From NCBI GenBank assembly GCA_015680685.1, contig MNCI01003167.1, positions 169,536 to 233,535 of the forward strand: a stretch of 64,000 nt of DNA. The letters are read 5' to 3'. Position 1 is the first letter of the stretch. Each line of letters opens with the position of its first letter. Both the position numbers and the translations under genes were made by a program. This DNA comes from Gnetum montanum. Lineage: Eukaryota; Plantae; Gnetophyta. The notes under the pieces are model-generated. The model was not told the DNA's origin. It made no database searches and worked only from the letters and a program-made list of their open reading frames with translations. Below are positions 37,094-49,100 of the stretch, piece after piece.

Positions 37094-37860
37094 ATGGCTA
37101 GTGCAACACTTGTGATTCTTATGGTTATGCATACAGACTACCTGTTGTTTATTAGTCATGACAAGGATTTTAATGAAGAAGATTAGAGTGCACCAATGCA
37201 AGCTAGAATTTTTTATGCTCACATTGATCCTTACTATCTTTATCTCACATTTATTTGTTACTAGAATAAATAACTCAGAGGAAGATATTTATAGGGAAAT
37301 ATTTTATTGCCACTAGAATGTTCAGCACCATTAATGCTTCAAGAAACTCTTATGAGGTCAAACCTTAATCATGTGCAAGAAGGTTAACACATCACCAAGG
37401 ACATGACCAAGCCATACCAACTAATGGAAGCTCAAGCAGGAAGGGATGCCATTATGGAGACAAGACATGAACATGATAATAAAAAGGAAACATCTTAAAT
37501 AGTTTTTCTAGAAGAAAAAGAAGATGTCATATTCCAAACTAAGAAGTTTTATCAAACTTATGGATCCCATTCCTAAACATTAATCATCTACATTGAAAAT
37601 CTTGTTAAGATCACATTGCATTTTGATCTTGTAAAAACCCATGGAAGAGATAAGAAAGACTTCAAACTTAGGATGAATTCAAGGCGTAAGAACTCCATTG
37701 ACTCTAAAAGGGGTAAATCAAGAAGTCATAGAAGGAGGACCAACCAACACTTTTCTTCAACTTCTTCATCTTCTTTCTTACATTTATTTACATATTGTGA
37801 CAAAAGAGAAGGAAAACTAAGGGATCTATTAGTGACCATTTAGGACTTGCAACATTTACT
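37094..37860 (+). pseudogene. N-terminal gag extension of a second family-A unit
   Basis: YAHIDPYYLYLTFICY*NK*LRGRYL*GNILLP aligns with element C YTHPDEYVSDFTFILHQDKQLRWRDLQGNIVLP; both begin MAS. Confidence 0.75.
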
Positions 37861-39169
37861 TTGGCCCTATGACTAGAATCACAAGAAACAAAGGTATTCC
37901 TTCAAACTTGAGTTTAGGTGCTTGCTAGTCTCTAAAAAGACCAAGGCCTAGGTATCTCCAAATATACTTAGTGGTAATAGAGTGAACTAAGCATAAATGT
38001 GTTTTTTTTGTTATGAATATTGAATTTCTTGGGTTTTTGTATGAAACTATAACTAGCTATTATAATAGAAATTTAGCTAACCTTGTTGATTACTATGAGT
38101 GATTAAAGATTTCTATTTTGTCAAGTTACTTAGTCTATACAGTCCCTATACTACATTTACTTAAAAAAAATAAAATTTTACCAAAATTATTAAGCACAAT
38201 TCTATATAAATCTGCTCCTAGTTTTCCTTATAGAGAAAGATCTATAAGAAAATAAGAAATAGAGCAAGATTAAATGGATTTCTAAAAAATGAAGAAGAGA
38301 GAAAGCATATTTGTGTGGAATCTCAAACATTTAAGCAAGATAAATTGAACATGAGGAAACACTTTGAAATAAATCTATTCCAGTTCAACCTAAAGTGTTA
38401 AAAATTGTCCAAATGCTTTGAGCTTATCAAGAAGTTTTATAAAAGACACTCCTAGTAAACTACCAAAATGCTTTGTAAAAGACAAAATACAAGCTATTAT
38501 ATAGCTAGTTAATAGTTGTCAGGGATTGCAATAATAGAGCTATTAGAAAGGATTTAATAATTTCAAGGTTGAACATGATGGAAAACTATAAAATTAAAGC
38601 TATTTCAAGTTAGCTTAAAATATCAAATATTTTCTAGATCCTCTATAATTAAACATATATTTTCATAGAGACATTACTATTAAATTTCTCAAGATGCTTT
38701 TCAAAAGAAAATTATAAGCTCTTACATGACAAACAAATAGAATTCTAGAATTGCATGAAAGTAGAGTTATAAGAGCAATCTAGAAATCCCCAAATTAAAT
38801 GCCAAATATAGTACTAACTAAACTCTTAACTAAGAAACTAAGACAAAATGAGAAGAGAACTTAGATGATTTTAAACAAAGAGGCTGAATTGAAAATGCAA
38901 ATCAGCAAGCCATTCTTACAAAAAATATTTAATATGTCTTCTTGATTTTCCATTCTCCTTTCATTCTACCCTTGAAGCTCTTTTTATAGTAGCTTCTTAG
39001 TAGTTACAACATCATCAAAAATTAAAATTAGTTTTTACAACCACTACGAGAATTTAGTTACAACTACCATAGAAATTAAATGCTATAGTTGCTAGGTGTC
39101 ATATTTAGTAGTTACAACATCATGAAAAATTGAAATTAGTTACAACCACTATGTGAGTTTAGTTACAAG

Positions 39170-40364
39170 TGCTAACCTTTTGGTATGTCAAAAATTTAGA
39201 AAATATGGAGATCAGGGATGTTTTGTGGTTGCTATGTCTATAAGACAAGAACTTGGATTAATATAAAAGGATATCTTGAAGAAGAAAGACATCATCAAGA
39301 TCTCAAGGAAGCATGTGGGAGTTTAAGAGCATGGAAAAGGAATGAAGATTTCAAAGTGCAAAGAGAACTAAAGAAAGACATCTCCAAGAAACAATAGACA
39401 TCTTGGCCAAAGAGAAGGAGAATTAGTGAAGACATCTTGAAAAAGTAACAAACATCTACTATTAAGTAAAGACATCTCCAAGAAATAGTACATGTCTTGG
39501 CTAATTTGAAGGTTACTTAGAAGAAGATTTTGTTTTTTTTTTGAAAAATAGTAGATGTCTCTTTGGTGAGAAAGATGTTTTCATAAAGACATCTCCACAA
39601 GGATGTCTTTCCTATGGAAAATATGTGTTTCTAGAATGAAGGTCTGATGTAGAAAGACATCTTAGTCTGGAAGAAGACATCTTCAGTGATCATTACATAG
39701 CCATTGCACAAATTTTGAGATGATTTCAAAAACATTAAGGCTATAAGAAGACTTCATTCTCTTGGGAAATGAGAAAGCATAATGTACTATCAATTTTCAT
39801 TATCAAGCAATCATTGTATACATCATTTTGTTATTAATGTTTCTTATTGTACTATCTTTTGTTTGTTGTAAGTGATCGAAGTGAGTTGTACCTCAAAATA
39901 GAAGGATTAGCAAATTTAGTTGCATTCTTTCCTTGTGATTTTTGTTCTCTTTTGTTGCACTATGGAGTTGATTTTTTTCTTGTTGGAGGGCATCTTTCTT
40001 GAGCTTATTGGGATCCTATGGGATTGAGTATTGGTGTAGTGCCACAACACACCAAAGAAAAGCTCAAGTTGTAAAAGTTTTTGGATCCTAGAAATCACAT
40101 TCTAAGATTGTTAATACTTGGTGGGGTTGAGTGGATTTGTTGCATTGAATCACTCTAGAGAGAAGCTTATGGCTTGTACAATGTGTGGTATCCTTCAAAC
40201 CATATTTTGAGAGTAATAAAGTTCATAGGTGTTCTAGTAAACTACCCTTTGAGTGTGGACTACCCAAGTTGGAGAACCATGCTAAAATTTGGTGTGTGCT
40301 TTGGCAATTAATTTTTATTTTGGGGAGCTTATTCATCCCCACCTTATAAGTTCAACAATCCTCA
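39170..40364 (+). repeat. 5' LTR of element D
   Basis: Collinear with 42790-43929; many AAGACATCT motifs; ATTCATCCCC near the 3' end. Confidence 0.9.
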
Positions 40365-40416
40365 AGTAGTATTGAAGCTTGGTATTCTTCTTTGTCATCA
40401 AATTCAAGAGTGAAAA

Positions 40417-42050
40417 ATGGAGAGGAAATCTTATACAAAGCCATAGATGTTCTATGGATTCAACTTCATCTATTGAAAGCTAGGATGCAAGGATTGTTTG
40501 AATATATGGAGTTTGAAGTTTGGGAGTCCATCCTTGAACACTACACTCTACCTATTAATAGCTCCATTGGAACCATCAAGCCAACAACAAATGGACATAA
40601 GAGGAGAAAGATAAGTTTATGTTTGACTCAAACGACAAAAATTTTTTATATTGCACTTTGAATAGATTTAATTTCAATAGAGTAGTTAGGTGTAAAATGG
40701 CCAAAGAAATTTGGCAAACATTAAAGGCTACTTATGAAGGAATCTATATAGTTAGACAATCAAAGTTTTTGGTTTTACAAAGTGAATATGATAAGCTAAA
40801 AATAAGAGAAGGTGAGAAAATAAAGAGTATTTTTCTAGAGAAAATGATCTTGTTGTGGCTATTAGAGGTACTAGCAAAGATCTACCAGAGAGTAATGTCA
40901 TCATTAAAATGATCAAAACACTTCAGCTAGAGTTTAGAAAAATGGTCATGACCATGGAGGAATTCAGATACTTCACAACTTTGAAATTTGAAGATCTTTA
41001 AAGTGCTTTCATTGCTTATCAAATAAATCTCATAAGTGAATGAGCTATCCAAGAAAAACCCATTGCTCTAAAGACTACCTACAAGGAGAAGGAGCTCAAT
41101 GAGAATGATGAGGGCAGACAACTTAAGATTTGCATTCTCTCAAGCAAGCTATAATGATTGATAGCAAGAAGAAGTAAGTAGTCAAATCAACAAAGATCCA
41201 ATTCGTTCAAAGCTAAAGAAAAAGGTAAAATTTTATAAAATTATAACCTTGATTTCTCTTCTATAGAATTTGGGGTTTGTGGTGGAAGAGGCCATATGGC
41301 CTCTGAATGTCCTAGTAATATTAGGGTATAGCAAAATGAAAGATCCAATGATGAGAAATTGAAAAATACCAACTTCTACATAAGCTAGGATGATGGAAAA
41401 CAAAGTTAAGAGGAATTAGATGAATCCACCAAAGATACTCAAGTCATATGTAATGATCTAATAGAGGAAGATTCACCCCAAGCTACTAATGATATACAAG
41501 GTAAAAATGATGAAAGGTATAATGAATTAGAAGAAGAGATTCTCATCCTTCATTACTTACTTAGATAGATAAAGAAATTTTTGAATAGAAAACTTGATGC
41601 AATTTCCACTAAATTAAAAGGAGAGATCTCAGACATAAAAGTTGATATTCATCAACTAACCCTTGTAATTAAGGATTATAGAAGCCTTCAAGAAATAAAT
41701 ACATGTGAATAGCCTAAGAATGAAGATTTAGAGAATGTATCACAAGAAGACTCTAGCTTAAAGGCAAGATCAACTAGGTTTGATAACCTCACTTGGAAGG
41801 AGAATACTCTACATATTTATAAAAATTATGGTAGTAATCAAAAGCTTTATTATTCTCTTGGTGATTAGAATAAGATTGATGCTTGGTCTCGTCAAAAATT
41901 CTTTGGTAGAGACTTTTTATAGACAACAACTAAAAATGAAAATAAGTGGAGAATTGAAAATTTTCTCAAAGAGACAGATGATGTGATAAGTGATCAAGGA
42001 TTCATTCATAAAGAACATGAAAAAATAGAATCTACATGTAAAAGATGTAA
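40417..42050 (+). pseudogene. gag: Copia gag (UBN2-type plus zinc knuckle) of element D, disrupted
   Basis: VWESILEHY, FNRVVRCKMAKEIWQTLKATYEG, and knuckle (F)GVCGGRGHMASEC at 41269-41310. Confidence 0.85.
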
Positions 42051-42789
42051 TTAAAGAGAATCAAAAGGTAAAGAGGTACTTCATAATAGAGGACCTCACC
42101 TCAAACTTCATTAGTCTTCATCCTCTCTATTGTAAGAAAGGTAAGTCAAGGTAAGTTTCTATCTCCTTGCTTGCAAAATTTTGTAAGTTTAAAATTATTT
42201 ATGATATGTGCATACTTTATTTTTAGGATGCTAACCCTAGATCAACACTTATTACAAATGATTTTTTGGTATTTTCCTTTGCTTGGTGTAATTGGATTTA
42301 TGAAATTTTATGGTGTGGCACTTGTAATGAATTTATTGTTTTCTTATCTTTCTATTTAAAACGGCTAAAACCTTTGCATGTATTTCTTAGCTTCAAATAA
42401 TAGTGATGAAGGGATTCTCTTTAACAAAAACTATCTTTATCAACCTAGTGAAATGAATAATATGTGCACTTTTCAAACTAGAGTATCTATATGTTATGCA
42501 CATGTCTACTATGAATCATTTTTATAGATGCTTGAACCAGTTGGCTTTGCTTCAAATCCATTCATGAGGAGTGTTTCATATGCAATGGCTTTCAATATCT
42601 ATTTGTTCTACAATGATATCTCATCTTAGAACTTTTTATTCCTTTCCTTTTTGTTCATGTCCAAAAAGGAGAGAGAAGTAAAGTATTTATGTATATTGAT
42701 GAAGTATATTGTGATTAGAGTTCTTATGTATATTGTGATTAGACTAATCCATTTTCTTAAGTTTTGGACATTACCAAAAAGGAGGAGAT

Positions 42790-43929
42790 TGTTGACCATT
42801 TGGTATGTCAAAAAATTATGAAAAATCGAGAACAAGGATGTTTGTATGGTTGCTATGTTTATAGGGAAAGAACTTAGATTAAAACAAAAGGAGAGCTCAA
42901 GGAAGAAAGACATCATTAATATCTCAAGGAAGCATGCAGGAGTTCAAGACCATGGACAAGGAACAAGGATTTCAAACTACAAAGAGAATTGAAGAAAGAC
43001 ATCTCTAAGAAACCGTAGATGTCTTAGCTAAAGAGAAGGAGAACTAGTGAAGACGTCTTGCAAAAACAATAGATGTCTACTATCAAGCAAAGATGTCCCC
43101 AAGAAATAGTAAACTTCTTGACTAAGTTAAAGTTTGCTCAGAAGAAGAAAATGTCTTCATAAAGACATCTCCACAAAGACCTTTTTCCTGTGGAAAAGAC
43201 ATCTTTCTAGAATGAAGGTCTAATGCAAAAATACATCTCAGTCTCAAAGAAGATGTCTCTAGTAATCATTAGATAGTTGTTGCATGATTTCCAAGGTGAT
43301 TTCAGAAACGTCTAGGTTATAAGAAGACTTAATTCTCTTGGAAAATGAAAAGGAATTATGTACTATCAATTGTCATTATCAAGAAATCATTGTATACATA
43401 ATTTTTTTATTGTTTCTCATTATATTATTTTTTATCTATTGTTAGTAATCGAAGTGAGATGTACCTTAAAGTACAAGGATCAATAAATTTAGTTGTTTTC
43501 TTTCCTTGTGATTGTTGTTCTCTTTTGTTTCCCTTTAGGGTTGATGTGCTTATTTCTAGAAGACATCTTGCTTGAGCTTATCCGAATCCTATAGGATTAA
43601 TTATTGGTGTAGCAACACAACACACTAGAGCAAAGCTTAAGTTGTAAAGGTTGTGTGGTCATGGGAACCACATTCTAAGATTTTTGGGACCTTGCAGGGT
43701 TAAGTGAATTCATTGTGTTGAATCAATCTAAAGTAGATCTTAGATCTTATACAAGGTGTGGTACACTTCAAACCACATTTTAAGAGAAGTTTGTAGGTGT
43801 ACTAGCAAACTACCCTCTAAGTGTGGACTACCCAAGTTGGGAAACTACATTAAAATTTGATGTGTGCTTTGGCTGATTAATTGTTTTTTGGGGAACTTCA
43901 TCCCCCCATTCTCAGTTTAGTTATCCTCA
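42790..43929 (+). repeat. 3' LTR of element D
   Basis: Begins TGTTGA directly after the PPT and ends TCCTCA. Confidence 0.9.
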
Positions 43930-44949
43930 ATAACTACCATAGAAATTAAATTCTATAGCTACTAAGTGTCTTGTTCATATAGAATGTTAGACAACTATCC
44001 TACAAATCCTCCACATTTTGAGCTCCTTCAATGATAACTTCATTTCCTTAAGAGAACATGGTTCATTGAGTTTAGTATTAAGGATATTTAATTTCTAACC
44101 ACTTAGTAACTTCCTATAACAACATGCTATATAACGATTTGATTCAATGCACCAAGCCTCATGTGCTCTTTAATGAGGTTAGAATGTGGCCTCATGAATG
44201 AGCTTCACATGCTAACGTAGTAAGGTGTTGAAGTGGTGATGATGACATTGTGTTGCACTAATGTGGCAAATCTAGTTCATCAAACTGAATTTTTAACTTC
44301 ACAAAATGGCTCTACATGCTAATGTGCCATAGTGCTAACATCACCATGATGTCACTAATGCTAATGTGACAAAGTAAGTTTATAGAGCCTAAAATTGCCC
44401 TGAAGAACTAGCTCTACATGTTAACATGGTTCTTTTTTGATGTCATTGATGATGTCATGTAGATATGGAAAAGGCAATGAAAATTATCTAGATGAAAAAT
44501 GATGTTTCATCTATATGCTAATGTGGCATTGCTAATGTCATGCTGACGTGGAGCCATGGAAGAGCTTGTTTGTAGAGGAGAAATTTGACCCTTCAAAATA
44601 ACTTAAAAAGCTAATGTGGTGGGAAGTTGAAGTGGCAAAGTCATCATGGCACTACTGAAGTCATGTTGATGTCATGCTAACGTGGACAAAAGATGACATG
44701 ATAGAGGCTAAAAAACTCATCTAGATAAAGAACGTTAACCTGAATCTAAATGTTCATGTGGCAACTTACCACATGATAGAGTGGGTCTATAGCAATGAAA
44801 ATCATTCTTATGAACAAGCTTGATAGCATGTTGATGTGGAGAGAATATAACATGGAAAGTTGATATATGGACAAGTTGATATGGCATCAAGAGATTAAGA
44901 TGAGCTTTTAAGCCCCTAAATGGATTAAGAGTTTTTTTAACAATAAGTG

Positions 44950-47460
44950 GTAAATATTGTTGTTGTGCTACAAATCCTTGTTTATAATAATATTACTCAC
45001 TTTAAAGATGTTACTTTTAAAAAACTAATGAGACATTTGGGAATAGAACATAAACTCACTACACCCTTCCACCCCAAAGCCAATGGTCACGTTATAGAAA
45101 CTAATAGAGAAATCACATGAATTCTTACTAGGACTATTAGTAGATATAGGTAATATTGAAGCATAAAACTCAATGATATCTTATGAACTTACCACTCCAC
45201 CTGAAATCTCCTTATAAGCTATTGCCTTTATGAACTATTGTATGATAAGATACAAAAACTTTATATTCAAACGAAACTATGTACACTCAACATAACTTGT
45301 GATCTTAACCTAAACATTAGCCTAGCATAGCAGGAATGACTTATGAATCCCAATGTGCTAGATGAAAAATGGAGAGTAGCCCTTATGATGAATGACATGC
45401 ACAAGGCCTACACTAAGCAACAACATTATGCTAGAATTAAATAAGTAGAATTTTAACTTGAAGATTAGATTCTTTATTAGAACCTTGGTCATGTACCTTA
45501 ACATACAAATTTCAAACACTACTGGAAGGACCTTACATTGTATATTCTACCTTCAAATCTAGCATCATGCAAATATACCACCCTGACTACCTGCAAATAT
45601 TTATATTAGTCAACATGCAATAAATCAAATCATTCAAGGAATCTGGGGTAGCCAAATATTCAGCAAATACCTCCACCACTATTAAAGCTTATTTCATCTT
45701 TCATATCTTTACCTTCCAATCTAGCTATGGGGAAGATACCCATCTAAATTAACAACTTATAAGGACTAATTTTATATCCTTTTATTTTATACTATTCTTT
45801 GAATATTTATTTTCTTATAATTTTTTTTGAGTCATCTTATGCTTTTTGTTTTATGTTTTATTATTCCTTTAAATCATTCCATGAATGTTTAATAAAAACT
45901 ACTACTTATGTATAAGGACCAAATTTATTATTTAGATTATGTCCTATGATATCAAGATATTAGGTAAATAATGATGTAAAAAGTAAGATCATGTTGCCCA
46001 TCACTCTAGTCACTATAAATAAGATATCTTATCATGAAATTAATGTGGCTATTCTTACATAAAACTAAAATTAACTCATGATCACTATACCTTAAAGAAA
46101 GAGGAAATGACCAAGAGGAAATGAAAAATGATATGGCATCAAGGAGATTTCCTTATTCTTTGGACTTCCTTTATGAGCCCTTCTACTTCATAAGCTTATA
46201 TCATTCCTCATGTTTTAATTTTGATGAAAGCATGTTCCTTAATAAAGTTGTTACCTTACTATGTCATTGGAAGGACATGTTACCCATTCCTAAAGATAGT
46301 CCTCCAGTAAGAATAATATAATAATTAATTAATTCACATAAGAAAAATATTCCTAGGATACTCTTGGAAAGACATGCACCAATGCCTAAAGACATCCCTC
46401 TAACTAATGACTTAGAGTCCTTAAACTTAATGTTCTAAGTAATTAACTAATTCGTTATTTTATTTCTTATTTTCTTTGTATTGTGATGGTGTTTTTATAT
46501 GGTTGTTGTTTGCCTAATGATGGAGGATCTGAAAAAATATGAAGTAGTTTCACTGGCAAAGGTATCAACTTGGTTTGAAACCTAGATGAATAGGTATGAT
46601 GGTTATTTTAATCATAGTCAATACAGGAATATATTATGAACATGGTAGGTATCTTATTTTCTGATCTTTGCAATCCATTCTTATTCAATCTCCTTCTCAC
46701 TATTATATATAATTATGTGCCTCATGATCTCTTTTGGTATAGTGTAGGGTTCTGATAGTAATAGTTATGTGAGTGTAAAATATAGAATTAATTGACATTG
46801 AATCTCCAACATCCACAAAAACCTTTTGTGAGATGGTTATACAAGGGCATTTAGGTATTAGCCTGCATTAGGGAGGGTCCAATTGTATAACTCTTAGAGA
46901 TCCTACCTATGACCCACCTCCACATGCCCAAGTTATTTAAGTTTAGTTCCATTGATTAATTACATCACCATTTTTCTCATTTTATCTATATTTCATGAAA
47001 TAAGAATTGATATCTCCAACTATTATAACTTATGATTTTTTAATTCACCTAACATGTCATTCACACCTAACCACAATGTCCTCATATGTTGATGATTTTT
47101 TGGCTCTTATTTGACCCCAAATTTACCTAGGAATCTACAAACAAATTAGTGAAAAACTCATATAAAATTATCCACTATAGCCTCATTGACATTGTTGCAT
47201 CAATGTAGCAAGCTATCTCAACAATTTCCTATTAATGCATTAGCATCAACATAATGTGAAAATTCTATAAATAGTTACAAATATTATCCATTTTTTTCTC
47301 ATTTCACTCATTTTGCAAAGGGAGTTTTTGCAACTTTATAAAGCCCATACCTTCCAATAGTAATATATTATGATCCAAAAACCTAATTAAAGCTATTGAA
47401 AAATTTGTGAACTCCTAGAGTTAAGCTCTATGTCATGAGGGGCAAGAAACATAATATTTC
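44950..47460 (+). mobile_element. Integrase C-terminal half and 3' region of a family-A element
   Basis: HKLTTPFHPKANGHVIETNREI at about 45050. It shares motifs with 5300-5580, 6220-6270 and 14210-14235. Confidence 0.75.
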
Positions 47461-48599
47461 AAATACTTCAAATACCCTAGATGTTGAAATACTAAGCTAG
47501 TAAACACTGGTGATGATTGAAGTAATGATAAAGTAAGAATAATTAGTATGCTAGAACCTCTAGGATTATAGTCTATAATTGCTTATGGGTGTTAACATAT
47601 AAAATGTTTTGAATTTAAGTCAATATTTAAGGATGCTTAGGGTTAATAATACCTAAAGATAATAACTAAGAAGTAATCATTCATGTGATTATAGATGACA
47701 AGCTAAGGAGGATGATAGCATATGAAATAGAGAATGGTTTGGAAGTAGTCCTTCCAAACAAAAACCATCCTGTTGAGATCAATCAATTCAAATATGCCAT
47801 ATTAGCATAGTACCTAGCCATTAGAGATTAAATTCAAATTCTAGCCACTACTAATATTTAGCAAACATAGAACATGTTAGACTATTTGGTGGTCCATCCT
47901 AACATACATTTTGGTGGAACTTATCAATTTTAGGATTAACATAGTAAGGGAGGTGGTGGAATTAACATCCATAATGATGATGAAAAGAACATCACCATGC
48001 TTCACTACCTATAGATCCTTTCCATCAGGTTGCCATGCTACTTCAATGTCCTATCTTATAATATGTAAATGTCATTAATTCTACCAACATGTTTTCCACA
48101 CACATTCCTTGAAATGTTAATCCTATAGCTTCTAATTTAGATAATATAAATTATATTTTTCCATTTGTAACTAACCTACCACTATTTTACACCCTCTTTC
48201 CAAGGATAATTAGAACCAATCCTACATCCCTTGCACTCATGCAAAATTCTAACTCACTGCTTAATCCTTTTCAATTCTTATCAACCATAATTCTTGTTCA
48301 AGATTCATAAGTTTTATTATCTTTCTCCTCATCCTTACACCATATTCCAAAATATAATATTTTATTATCAACTTATATGCCCATTATTACATCCACTTAA
48401 CTAGTCTTACTTGCCTACAACCTAGTTCCAAGAAATACTTTTATCCCATATATCCCTATAATCCCTCCTCAACCAATGTTGTTACTTTAGGATCTCTCTT
48501 TCACATTGCAATTAAATGAAGATAAAATACATAGGGAAATATTAATACATGAAGGCAATCCTATTATTTATATTGTTTATCTTCTTATTGACCTTATCA

Positions 48600-49100
48600 T
48601 CTCCTTGATTTTACCTGCCCAAGTTTCTAAGATAGTCTCATTAGCTAGCTTTACCAAGTATAATGGGGAAATAGATTCCACATACTATATTGTGACCTTT
48701 TGTAATGAGTACATGATATTGGCTAGCTATCCTCATATCATTTAAAGACATTTTCCTAACTCATTGACAAGCAAAGAGCTTGAATGGTATAGAGCCCTTC
48801 CTCATGGGTCCATCATCTCCTTGGAGTAGTCTTTTAGAGTCTTTGTGGAGAGTTTTAAATACAATATCAACAAGGGTGACACATTATAGAAACTATTTTT
48901 CATCAAGAAGGCACACACTAAGTCCATTTATAAGTTCATCTCTTAATGAACTTTAGTAATGATGAGATTATCCATCCCTTTACTAATCATTAACTATTGG
49001 ATATTCTTAAGACAGTTATTAATAATTACATCAAAGGTAAGTTGGTCTATCCTAGGTCACTTAGCCTCCATGATGCTTTAGAAAATCATATTAAGAAGAT
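48600..49100 (+). pseudogene. gag: Tat-type gag fragment related to element B gag
   Basis: FTKYNGEIDS...HFPNSLTSKELEWYRALPHGSI...FKYN. Confidence 0.8.

Larger units (their letters stand above)
39170..43929 (+). mobile_element. Element D: non-autonomous gag-only Ty1/copia (SIRE-like; TR-GAG architecture)
   Basis: LTRs 39170-40364 and 42790-43929, decayed iMet PBS TAGTATTGAAGC, PPT CCAAAAAGGAGGAGAT, copia gag, no pol. TSD is ACAAG/ATAAC. Confidence 0.88.
37900..44930 (-). mobile_element. Probable decayed LTR-derived segment hosting element D
   Basis: Minus-strand TATA at about 38981-38989, AGTTACAAC tandem units at 39000-39169 that continue after 43930, and (A/C)TGTGG-rich repeats at 44200-44900. 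Boundaries are unresolved. Confidence 0.35.
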
